NCBI GenBank assembly: GCA_036338595.1
Contig: JAYZBV010000015.1
Span: 2,739-66,738, forward strand
Reading direction: 5' to 3'
Source: Planctomycetota bacterium
Lineage (GTDB): Bacteria; Planctomycetota; UBA8108; UBA1146
DNA length: 64,000 bases
The notes beneath the pieces were generated by a model that did not search any database, had not been told where the DNA came from, and saw only the letters and a program-made list of their open reading frames with translations. The position numbers were made by a program, and so were the translations under genes. Of the stretch, positions 39,955 to 49,900 are shown in pieces; position 1 is the stretch's first letter, and each line of letters begins with the position of its first letter.

Positions 39955-40716
39955 ATGCGCGAAAAAAAACACAAATCCGTGGTTTGTGACCTCGAAGATG
40001 GAGAGTTGCTGCAACTACTCGGTATTCATGGGTCGAGTGGATGTGGATCGAGTGGATCGAGTGGAGCCAGTGGCACCAGTGGCTTCATCGATTCCAGGGA
40101 AAGAACGGGAAGGTCCGAGCGACCCATCGATTCAATTCAACTCTGCCTCGATCGTCTTGGAAATGCAGATCCCTGCGATTTCCTTTCGATTCAAGGAGTG
40201 GGTCTCACACGGGCGAAGCAACTGGCTGCTGCCGTCGAGGTGGGGCGAAGAGCGGCTCTTCCTCGCTGGCGAAATGGCACACGTTTCGAGGATCCAAAGC
40301 AGGTCTATCAGCATTGTGCCAGGAGGTTGGCCACTCAGAAGCGGGAGTGCTTCCTGGTGCTGATGCTCGATGCGAGGAATCGGCTCTGTGGTGAATGGAC
40401 CGTCTCCATCGGATCACTCCAGAGCAGTATCGTGCATCCGAGGGAGGTTTTCAGCGAGGCGATCCGAGATTCGGCATCCTCGATCATCGCCGTCCATAAT
40501 CATCCGTCTGGTGATCCGGGACACAGCGAAGAAGATCTCGCAGTGACGCGGAGGTTACACCGCTGTGGTCGACTGCTGGGGATCGAACTGATCGACCATG
40601 TGATCGTCGGTCGTGGCGAATGGCGTTCGCTCAGAGACGAGGGGCTGGGTCCCTGGTCCAGCGGATCGGGAGCGGGTCGAGCCGCTACGATCGGGGCCTC
40701 ACGAAGGGTGAATTGA
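39955..40716 (+). CDS. radC: RadC / JAB-domain protein
   Basis: ECFLVLMLD, VHPREVF, IIAVHNHPSGDP..SEED, GIELIDHVIVG; N-terminal HhH-like IQGVG. Confidence 0.93.
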   Translation: MREKKHKSVVCDLEDGELLQLLGIHGSSGCGSSGSSGASGTSGFIDSRERTGRSERPIDSIQLCLDRLGNADPCDFLSIQGVGLTRAKQLAAAVEVGRRAALPRWRNGTRFEDPKQVYQHCARRLATQKRECFLVLMLDARNRLCGEWTVSIGSLQSSIVHPREVFSEAIRDSASSIIAVHNHPSGDPGHSEEDLAVTRRLHRCGRLLGIELIDHVIVGRGEWRSLRDEGLGPWSSGSGAGRAATIGASRRVN

Positions 40717-40913
40717 GCCGATGCCTTGAACTCCGGGGAAAATGCGGGCCTCTCTCGCTTCTGATCCGTGGCCGGGCTTCGCTGGAAACATCCTGTACAG
40801 CGGGTACCATCCGGTCTGCCCTCCGGGGCGCGTTCGCAGGGTCACGGTTCTTGCCAGGATTTGCCGTCCTGTCAGAGCCTCGGTGGAGAAGAGTTGGAGA
40901 GAGCAAGGGGACG

Positions 40914-41666
40914 ATGCGTATTGCCATCATCAGCGATATTCATGCCAACCTTCCCGCCCTCGAGGCGGTTCTCGCAGATATCGATCAGGTAGGAATCGAC
41001 CGGATCTACTGCCTCGGAGATGTCATCGGTTACGGACCAGAACCGAGGGAATGTCTTGAGGCCAGTATCAAATTCGACGTGAATCTTCTCGGAAATCACG
41101 AGGAAGCAGTGCTGTATGACCCCATCGGATTCAATCCCAGGGCAAAGGCAGCGGTCGAATGGACCAAGCAGCAATTGATGAGTACCAGTCTCCCTCGCGA
41201 GGAAAACGCGGCTCTGTGGAAGCATCTCTCTTCGATGAAGCAGACACATGAAGAAGGGGACATCTTTCTTGCTCATGGCACGCCGCGGGATCCGACCAGG
41301 GAGTACCTATTTGTTCAGGACTGTTCCGATGACCCGGCGAAGGTCGAGGAATTGTTCGAGAGTTTTGGTCCATCGACGGCATTCGTAGGTCACACGCATG
41401 TTGCTGGACTCTTTTCCCCGGGTCCTTGTTTCCGGACTCCTGAGGAGCTGGGTGGCAAGGTCACCCTGGGGCTAGAAAATTTGATCGTCAATGTCGGATC
41501 CGTCGGTCAGCCTCGCGATGGCGATCCGCGGAGCAGCTATGTGATCGTGGATCGGAATGAACTCGAGTTCAGACGGGTCGCCTATCCCGTTGAGGAAACG
41601 CAGAGACGCTTCAAGAGAACCCCATTGCCTGAAAATCTGGCGCTTCGGTTGATCGAAGGACGCTGA
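40914..41666 (+). CDS. Calcineurin-like metallophosphoesterase
   Basis: ISDIHAN, CLGDVIGYGP, GNHE, HGTP, GHTH, NVGSVGQPRDGDPR. Confidence 0.93.
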   Translation: MRIAIISDIHANLPALEAVLADIDQVGIDRIYCLGDVIGYGPEPRECLEASIKFDVNLLGNHEEAVLYDPIGFNPRAKAAVEWTKQQLMSTSLPREENAALWKHLSSMKQTHEEGDIFLAHGTPRDPTREYLFVQDCSDDPAKVEELFESFGPSTAFVGHTHVAGLFSPGPCFRTPEELGGKVTLGLENLIVNVGSVGQPRDGDPRSSYVIVDRNELEFRRVAYPVEETQRRFKRTPLPENLALRLIEGR

Positions 41667-41680
41667 GGAGAGTTGACCTG

Positions 41681-43549
41681 ATGGATAAGAGATTTCTTCA
41701 GACGATGGTGATCTGCTTTGCGATCTCCATCATCTACATGGACTGGATTACTCCCGAGAGAACGGTGACGAATGTTCCGCCGTCGGGTGTCCAGCAGCCA
41801 GCTCCCGTGCCGACTCCGGGGGATGCCGTATCTGATCTCGTAGTGGACGCTGATCCTGGTGACCAGGGAGTCGTCCCCGAGGTGGTGATCGAGGAACAGA
41901 TGGTCCTGCTGGCAAACCCTCTGCTCGAGGTGCAGATCACCAACCGAGGAGCCGCGCTCCTCAGTGCCGTGCTGCCAGGGTACGGCGAAGATATTGCCGA
42001 TGACGCTCCTCTTGAGCTGATCTCCCCCGATGTGCATTCGGGGCGAGCGTTGGAAGTCCAGGTCCAGACTACCGATGAAGATCTGGCGCAAAAGTTGTGG
42101 GAAGTGATCGATTCTTCCCCGGCTGGAGTCACCTTTCGTACGCAACTGACGGATGGCAGAGCCGTGGTGCGCAGCTACCAGTTGCCAACAGATGGCTACG
42201 AACTGTTCACCTCCATCTCATTCGAAGGGCAATGGCCAGTCGCGACTGATGTGAGATACGAGATCCTTGGAGCAGAACGGATCCGTTACGATGTTTCGGG
42301 CCGTATGGCCGCATATCCAAATCAGTGGGTGACAGCCAGCCGAAATCGAGATGGAAGCATAGGAGATGTAGATCACCGCGCTGTCGAGGCGGTCGAAACG
42401 GGTGAAGTTCGAAGAGACGGAATCGCGTGGGTTGGACTCGAGAGTAACTACTTCGCCCAGGTGATCCGTCCCCTGTCGACAGAAGCCACTCCGGCGCCTT
42501 CGCTCGCAATGCTCGCCTATGGAGCACGTCCCGGGGAAAATACAGAGCATTTTCAGCGACTTGCAGACGGGGATGGGATTCAAGCACCTCTTCAGGGGTG
42601 GCCGATGCGAGTCGGTTTTCGACGCAAGGTGGAGACGGGAACTCCACACCAATATGCCGTCTTCCTCGGACCAAAATCTCCCATGGTTCTCGAGGGCCAT
42701 GCCTCCTGGGATGCGATGAGATTGATCGACTACGGCTTTTTTGGCTGGTTGGTACGTCCCTTTCTGTGGCTACTGAGAACCTTTGATGGATTTGTAGGAT
42801 CCTGGGGGCTGTCGATCATTCTTCTGACCTTTTGTATCCGTGGAGTGCTACACCCGGTCAACAAGAGAAACCAAAGGCAGATGCAAATCCAGCAGCAAGG
42901 GATGGCGCGTCTGAAGCCGCAGATGGAGGAGATCAAGGAGCGTTACAAGAATGATGCCCCGCAGCAACAACGCAAGATCCAGGAACTCTTCAAGAGCGAG
43001 GGAGTGAATCCCGCTGCGATGTTTGGCGGCTGCCTTTTCATCTTCCTGCAGTTGCCGATCTGGCTCGCACTGATCAATACTTTTACCATTGCCATCGAAT
43101 TGAGACAGGCCAGTTTCCTCTGGGTGGATGACCTGACCAGCCCCGACATGCTGGCACAGATGCCTTTCAGCCTGCCGATCCTCGGGGACTGGTTCAACTT
43201 GCTTCCGATCTTGTATGTGATCGTCACCCTTGTGAACCAGAAGATGATGCCCCAATCCGATGACCCTCAGGTCCAGATGCAGCAGAAGATGATGGCGTTC
43301 ATGATGGTTGCATTTGGATTCATCTTTTACTCCTTTGCAGCGGGCCTGATGGTGTATTTCATCACGTCAGCACTGGTAGGAATCATCGAGCAGAAGATGA
43401 TCCGGCGGGATCTTCGCGCCGCTGGCATCCTCCCAACTCCTGGAGTCTCGACCGACTCAGGACCCGCTCCAGGGCCCGGAACTGGCAAGAGCGCTGCTCC
43501 TCCTCGAGGCCCCGCTCGCCCCGGTTCGGGCAAGGTCAAGAACCGCTGA
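41681..43549 (+). CDS. yidC: Membrane protein insertase YidC
   Basis: N-terminal TM segment and large periplasmic domain; IDYGFFG, WGLSIILLT, GCLFIFLQLPIW, ELRQASFLWVDDLTSPD. Confidence 0.96.
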   Translation: MDKRFLQTMVICFAISIIYMDWITPERTVTNVPPSGVQQPAPVPTPGDAVSDLVVDADPGDQGVVPEVVIEEQMVLLANPLLEVQITNRGAALLSAVLPGYGEDIADDAPLELISPDVHSGRALEVQVQTTDEDLAQKLWEVIDSSPAGVTFRTQLTDGRAVVRSYQLPTDGYELFTSISFEGQWPVATDVRYEILGAERIRYDVSGRMAAYPNQWVTASRNRDGSIGDVDHRAVEAVETGEVRRDGIAWVGLESNYFAQVIRPLSTEATPAPSLAMLAYGARPGENTEHFQRLADGDGIQAPLQGWPMRVGFRRKVETGTPHQYAVFLGPKSPMVLEGHASWDAMRLIDYGFFGWLVRPFLWLLRTFDGFVGSWGLSIILLTFCIRGVLHPVNKRNQRQMQIQQQGMARLKPQMEEIKERYKNDAPQQQRKIQELFKSEGVNPAAMFGGCLFIFLQLPIWLALINTFTIAIELRQASFLWVDDLTSPDMLAQMPFSLPILGDWFNLLPILYVIVTLVNQKMMPQSDDPQVQMQQKMMAFMMVAFGFIFYSFAAGLMVYFITSALVGIIEQKMIRRDLRAAGILPTPGVSTDSGPAPGPGTGKSAAPPRGPARPGSGKVKNR

Positions 43550-43560
43550 GAGGTGCGGTC

Positions 43561-44919
43561 ATGGAAGAAGTGATTTTTGCACTCTCCAGCCCCCCTCCAC
43601 CCTCATCACTGGCGATGATCAGACTCGATGGGGAGGCAACTGCTGCGCATCTCCAGTGCCTTGTCGAGGATTCGGACAGTGGTCCGTCACCAATTCTCGA
43701 GGCCAGGATTCCTCGCATACTACAACTGAGGTGGCACGAAGATGCACCTTCGACTCCGGCGCTGGCGGTGCTGTGGAGGCGAGGAGCATCCTGGACCGGC
43801 AACGAGGGTGTCGAACTGGTTCTTCCTGGAGCGTCTCCCATCATCGACGGTGTATTGGCTCGACTGGAGAGAGCGGGAGCACGTCCTGCAACTCCAGGAG
43901 AGTTCACTCGCAGGGCGTTTGTCAACGGTCGCATCGACTTGAGCCGTGCCGAATCAGTGGCGGCGCTGATCGAGGCAGAAGATCGAGCAGCGATGGCTGC
44001 CGCTCGACGGGTGCTGGACGGGGAACTGGCACGGGGTATCCGGTCGGTGGCCACTTCACTGCTCGATGTGCTCGCCATCACCGAGGCTGGACTCGATTTT
44101 TCTGAACAGGAGGTGGAGTCGCCCGGGAGCGAAGGAGCCAGGAGGCTACTTCAGCCGATTCTGGCAGAGTTCGATCAACTGCTGGAACGAAGACAATCTC
44201 CCGAGGTGGCTTCCGGATTGCCGAGGATTCTGTTGTGGGGCCAGCCCAATGCGGGCAAATCGTCGCTCTTGAATGCGCTCGTCCGGCAGCCACTTGCCAT
44301 CGTGGATTCTGCTCCTGGAACCACGACCGATGCGGTGAGAGGAGTCCTGGAGGGCTCGGGCAGAAGCCTCGAGATTCTCGATCTGCCCGGAGAGAGAGCG
44401 GCCAGCGGCCAGATCGAGAGGCTGGCTCTGGAGAGAGCGAGGGCGCTCATCGGTGGAGATGACCCGGTGCTGTGGGTCATCGATGCCTCGAGAGACGTGA
44501 TCGATATCGAGAGGGAGCGGGGTCAGTTGCCACCCGAACTGGAACACCGGATTCGGCCGGTACTGTGCCAGTGCGACCGCACGCCGCTGGTCCCCGACGA
44601 TTATCTCAAGGAGGCGTACCGGGTCAGTTCTTTGACCGGAGAAGGCATCGAGATGTTGCGTCAAGAACTGATGACCTGGGGTATCCGTACGCCTGGCCAG
44701 CAGCGCTCCGATGCGCTCCGATTCACAGCACGACAGTGGCAGCTGGTGACCGGATGCCGTGGTCTGCTGGCCTCGGCCATCGCCACGGCCGATGCGGGCC
44801 CGGAGTTACTGGTCGAGGACCTCAAGGGAGCACTGCGACAGCTCGAAGAGGTGACGGGGGAATCGACACCGGAGGATGTGCTCGATCTGATCTTTTCTCG
44901 CTTCTGCCTGGGAAAGTGA
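43561..44919 (+). CDS. mnmE: tRNA modification GTPase MnmE (divergent)
   Basis: PGEFTRRAFVNGRIDL, GQPNAGKSSL, GTTTD, C-terminal IFSRFCLGK; adjacent to yidC. Confidence 0.92.
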   Translation: MEEVIFALSSPPPPSSLAMIRLDGEATAAHLQCLVEDSDSGPSPILEARIPRILQLRWHEDAPSTPALAVLWRRGASWTGNEGVELVLPGASPIIDGVLARLERAGARPATPGEFTRRAFVNGRIDLSRAESVAALIEAEDRAAMAAARRVLDGELARGIRSVATSLLDVLAITEAGLDFSEQEVESPGSEGARRLLQPILAEFDQLLERRQSPEVASGLPRILLWGQPNAGKSSLLNALVRQPLAIVDSAPGTTTDAVRGVLEGSGRSLEILDLPGERAASGQIERLALERARALIGGDDPVLWVIDASRDVIDIERERGQLPPELEHRIRPVLCQCDRTPLVPDDYLKEAYRVSSLTGEGIEMLRQELMTWGIRTPGQQRSDALRFTARQWQLVTGCRGLLASAIATADAGPELLVEDLKGALRQLEEVTGESTPEDVLDLIFSRFCLGK

Positions 44920-45112
44920 CCCCGTGAAGCCGATCTCTGGCCTCTGCGCTCGTTGAGTGCCTCCCTCCTGTGGGATATCATGGCATCGATGCCGATCGAG
45001 GGGATGCGATCGGCTGCGAGGCCTCCCAGAGGAGCCTTGCGAGGGGCCCCGGCCAGTGGCCCCACTTCAGGTAGCCCAGAACAGTCCTTTCGAGGCGGGA
45101 GGAGACCACCCG

Positions 45113-45586
45113 GTGCGGTGTCCATTTTGCGGTGCAGACGATGACAGGGTTGTGGATTCCAGGACCATCTCCGAGGGGAGAGCGGTCAGGAGACGCAGGG
45201 AGTGTCTCGGTTGCAACAAGCGTCTCACCACCTATGAACGGATCGAGGAAGTCCCCCGACTGGTCGTCAAGAAGAGCCAGAGCCGGCAAGCATTCAGCCG
45301 CACAAAGGTCCTCGATGGGCTGATTGCGGCGTGTCAGAAGCGGCCCGTCTCGGTCGAGCAGATGGAAACGATCGTGGATCAGGTCGAGAAGCAGATCCGC
45401 GAGAAGTTTGACCACGAGGTGCCATCGGTGTTCATCGGGGAAGTCGTGAGCGCTCAATTGAAAGAGCTGGACCCCGTTGCGTATGTCCGCTTTGCCTCGG
45501 TGTACCAGGAGTTTGCCGACATCTCAGAGTTTTTTCAGGAGCTGACAGCCCTGATGGAGAAGAGAGAAATAGAAGATGTGCGCTGA
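45113..45586 (+). CDS. nrdR: Transcriptional repressor NrdR
   Basis: MRCPFC, VVDSR, RRRREC..C, TTYE, DPVAYVRFASVY; GTG start after GGAGG. Confidence 0.97.
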   Translation: MRCPFCGADDDRVVDSRTISEGRAVRRRRECLGCNKRLTTYERIEEVPRLVVKKSQSRQAFSRTKVLDGLIAACQKRPVSVEQMETIVDQVEKQIREKFDHEVPSVFIGEVVSAQLKELDPVAYVRFASVYQEFADISEFFQELTALMEKREIEDVR

Positions 45587-46862
45587 ATCCCATCGAGGAA
45601 CGCTAGCTCTCGAGCTGCGTATCCGTTCGATGCTGGACACGATTTTCAACGGATCTACAGGGACGGGTGTCGCTGAGGAATCAGGTCTCGTGCTTCATGA
45701 TACCGAATCGATCCTTCATGATGTGATGGAGGGACTGGGGAGTTCAGAGGTTCACTGGCAGAGCCATGAGCTGATCGAGCGGATTCACACTGCTTGCGAG
45801 AATCGAGGTGAAGCTGGCTTGATGGATGCCATCGATCAGTTGGTCTCCTGGCCTGAAGTTGAACGAGTCAGTGATAGCGCAATGAAACTGGTCACGGATC
45901 GAATCGCACACTTCAGTGGCACACAGGTGTTCGAGTCTGCGATTGCAAACTCTTTCCTGAGTGATCTATGGCCGGTGCATGGCGGACTCGCGCCGATGCA
46001 GCCGTTCAGATTTCTTGAGCGTAGAATAGAAGTGGAGAGTCTCGCCGAGAGCCAGGATTCACTTCATCATATTGGTGACCAGGTGATCAGCGAGATCGAG
46101 TGGGTGGCTGGCTCGTTGGTGGTGTCGGGAGCGCTTGAGGACCTGTGTCGCCTTCCCGAACCATCTGTCCGTCAGCGCTGGGAACTGCTACAGGCGCGCA
46201 TTCGTGGCTACCTCGAAGCTCAGCAGCAGTCGCCGCAGGTGATCTGGGAGGTGTCCGCGCTGGCACGGACCCCGAGAGGGCAACTCTTCGCCGATCCTAT
46301 CGACCAGGAGCGGCACGAGAATGGAATTCGGTACCTCTGCGAGAGTGCCCAGTTACTGGTCAGGGTTCCGCTGCCGATACCTGCCTCGTCACGGCTGATG
46401 CTCGCAGATTGCCTCAGGGGATCGATTCCGGTTCGAATTTGCAGTGACCAACATCCTCGTCCGACGCTGATTGCTGGTCGCCTCGAAGGAGATCCACTGG
46501 GGGTGAATGCCATCTGCCAGCGTGTGATGGCGTTTGACCATGTTGCAGATCATGGGGTGTCGATTCCCTGGCGAGATGACTGGAATCAGGCGAAGTGTCT
46601 CTCGACGCCACTCTGGATCGCCTCGGAGAACTCAAACCCACTCGATTACATCCACTATTTGCTTCGAAATTCTCTCAACGCCGAGCAGATTCCGGCGATC
46701 GGAATAGAGTCGAGAGAGGTGGCGCTCGCCTTCCGGGCTGCACGGAAACTGATCAGCAAGATCACACGTCGCAGAGGAGGGGGCTGGAACCGATTCGAGG
46801 AGCTGCTGGCAGCAGTAGCGATCTCTCCAAGACTGCTGGCTTCCACAGCCGAACGCACCTAG
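45576..46862 (+). CDS. Hypothetical protein overlapping nrdR (possible degenerate ATP-cone/NrdD-like)
   Basis: 428-aa ORF filling the nrdR-smc gap on the same strand; start uncertain. Confidence 0.6.
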   Translation: MCAESHRGTLALELRIRSMLDTIFNGSTGTGVAEESGLVLHDTESILHDVMEGLGSSEVHWQSHELIERIHTACENRGEAGLMDAIDQLVSWPEVERVSDSAMKLVTDRIAHFSGTQVFESAIANSFLSDLWPVHGGLAPMQPFRFLERRIEVESLAESQDSLHHIGDQVISEIEWVAGSLVVSGALEDLCRLPEPSVRQRWELLQARIRGYLEAQQQSPQVIWEVSALARTPRGQLFADPIDQERHENGIRYLCESAQLLVRVPLPIPASSRLMLADCLRGSIPVRICSDQHPRPTLIAGRLEGDPLGVNAICQRVMAFDHVADHGVSIPWRDDWNQAKCLSTPLWIASENSNPLDYIHYLLRNSLNAEQIPAIGIESREVALAFRAARKLISKITRRRGGGWNRFEELLAAVAISPRLLASTAERT

Positions 46863-46904
46863 GGTCTGAGAATCGAAAGAAAATTACAGGGTCGAAAGGA
46901 AACC

Positions 46905-49900
46905 TTGCACCTCAAAAGAATCTACCTCTCAGGATTCAAGTCCTTCGCGGACCCCGTCGAATTCGAATTCGACCCGGGGATCAGTGCCGTCGTGGGGCCA
47001 AACGGGTGCGGTAAGTCCAACATCGTGGATGCATTTCGATGGGTTCTCGGAGAGAGATCCGCGAAGGGGCTACGCGGTACAGAGATGCTCGATGTCATCT
47101 TCACGGGCACCAGGACCCGGGCAGCACTCTCGAGGGCAGAGGTTCGGCTGCTGTTCGATAACCAGCACCGAACCCTTCCGGTCGATGCAACTGAGGTAGA
47201 GATCGGCCGAATTCTCCTTCGAGATGGCACCAGCGAGTACCAGATCAATGGCAAGCGATGCCGCCTGAAAGATGTTCTGGCGGTCTTCGCAGACACCGGC
47301 ATCGGAGCGGACGGATATTCCGTCCTGGGCCAGGGCAAGGTGGATTCGTTCCTCAACTCCAATTCTCTCGAACGACGCAAGATCTTCGAGGAAGCAGCGG
47401 GGATCTCCAGTTTTCGCAAGAAACGCTCCGAGGCAGAGAAGAGGCTCGAAAGGGGCGAACTGGAACTGACTCGTGTCACTGACCAGTTGTCAGAGATCGA
47501 GCGCAGGATCCGCAGCCTCAAGATGCAGGCTGGAAGGGCGCGGCGATACATCGAGGATCGAGACCGGTTCAAGATGGTCAGTTCTGTGATGTCGGCCCTG
47601 CAGATCGAGGAGTACCGTGAAGAAAGTGAGCGAGTTGCATTCCGGATGCAGTGGAGGAACACGCTGAGGGAAATGCTCTCCGATCTGTCGGGATCACTTG
47701 AGACTGCTCTGGATGAAATCAAAGGCCGTCTCGATGGTTCGCATCGCGCTCTCGATGACACCAGGCAAAAGGAAACCAAGAAGAAAGTTGCGCTGGAAGG
47801 GATCGATGCACGTAGGGGACAGCTGGAAGAACAGGCTCGACACGCTTCCCAGCGCAACGATGAACGTGCTCGACAACAACAGGAGTTGATCAGGCTCGAA
47901 GAGGAGTATCGTGTCAGTCGCGAGAAAGTTCGCAATCGTTTGAAGTCTACAATTTCGAACCTGCGTGAATGTCGACGAGATCTCAAACTGCAAATTGCAA
48001 GGTACTCGACCATCTTCGCAGAGAGAGAGCAGCTCGATTCGAAAGTACTGGCCAGCAAGGATAGTGATCTGCGCCTGGTGTTCGAGGAAACCCGTCTCAA
48101 GAACACGGTTGCAGCCCTGACCGGTGATCTACGTGGACAGGATACGATTCGTGATGGTCGTGCCGCAGAAAACCGAAAATTCCGCATACAGCAGCTCGAA
48201 ATGGAGGAGCAGGCCCGTCTGCGTGACGACTACATCATCGAACTGATCGAACTGGAGCGCCGTTGTCTCCACGATGCAGATCGAGTCCGCGAAGAGGTCA
48301 AGAACCGACTAGGGGTGCTCGATAAAGCGAGAGGGAACCTGTCCAAGCTTCGGTCCGAGAGCGAGTCCAGTGAGGGTCGGCTGCGTTTCCTCATGGAACT
48401 GGAAGAGACTCTGGAAGGCCTGGGCAAGGGCACGCAGAGATTGCTCAACTCCGAGCAGCCGGCGGCGCGGGATATCAGAGGGCTTCTGGCCCGCTTGATC
48501 GAGGCCGATCCAGATTCCGCAGGCATGGTCGATGCGGTACTCGGGCGTGTGCTGGAGACCGTGGTTCTTCAGGGAAGAACACCGATCGAAAGCAGGATAC
48601 GCGCCCTCGAGAAGATACTGGATGGTGAATCGGTCTCGATCGTGTCGCTCGAAAACGAAATTGAAGGACAGACGAGGCAACTTGGCCCGCCCCCTGGAGT
48701 CGAGACTCTCGCATCGCGAATCGAATGCGAATCCATCTGTCGCCCCATCGTCGATGCTTTGCTGGGAAATGTGCTGATCGCCTCGGATCTGAACGATGCC
48801 ATCATGTTGCACAGGAGATCGCCTGGATTCCGCGTGGTTATCCAGGACGGCACGGTCATCGAACCGTGGGGAGCGGTCAGGATTCCAGGCAGTAGCAAGG
48901 CAGGACTCGTCTCGCGTCGTGTGGAGATGATGCACCTGAGGAGTGCAATGGATGAGATCCACTCCCAGGTCGCAAAGGCATCCGAGCAGGAAGAAACGCT
49001 GGAGGATTCCATCTCGGCTCGACGAGGAGAAATCCAGCGCCTCGACCAGGAGGCAGGTAGAGCCCGAAACGAGGCTGACCATGCCCGGCGAGAGAAGGAA
49101 AAGGCAAGGGAGTCTCTTCGCATCATCAAGGAGAGAAGGGTTCTTCTCGACAGGGATATGGAACAGGCTCTGAAGCACTACGAAGAACTCTCTGCATTGA
49201 GAGATGCCGCAAGCAGTGACCTCGAAAAGGTGGCCAGCGACAGGCTAGCCCTCAACAGAACTCTGGAAGCGGATTCCAGACGGATCTCACCTCTTGACCA
49301 GCAACTCGGAGACCTGGATTCCGAGCAGCAACGTATGCGATTGGTCGAGACCAGGGAGCAGGAGCGGATCTCATCCGACTGGCGAGAACAGCGTCTCCTT
49401 GCGGATGAGGCCGAGCAGCGCAAGCAGTTGAGATTGAGAATGACCGGCGATATCGAGCAAGAGGAGCAGCGTCACCAGGGGTACTGCCAGCAAATTGAGG
49501 ATCTGGGGCAGGAGGAGGTGGAACTTCGCCAGCAGCTGGAGCAGATCAGTGCGTTGCGGCACGAGCAGGATCGGCAACTGGATACCTGTCGCCATGAGAT
49601 ATCCGCAGTGGAAAAGCGCCAGAAGGAGTGCCGAGGTCAATCAGAAAAGTTCAGGGAAGGGCGCGAGGCGGATCTGATCAGTGCCAGCGAGTGCAAGCTT
49701 CGCATAGAAGGTATCGAGGATCGGGTTCGGGATGAGCTCGAAGTGTCGCTGAGCGAGGCACCACTGGAGCAGTGGCGAGCGACTCTCCTCGAAGGCATCG
49801 ATGACGATGGAGCCGTACTTGAACATCTGCAAGGGGAGTACCAGCAGATCCAGGCCAGGATGCGGCGAAATGCCAATGTGAATCTGGAAGCAGTGGAAGA

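Noticed and set aside
39955-40716. radC as a marker of a mobile element
   Set aside because: It has the longer chromosomal form with an N-terminal HhH-like region and sits among housekeeping genes with no mobility genes
46922-48187. 421-aa antisense ORF
   Set aside because: Shadow frame of smc with Ser/Arg-biased composition
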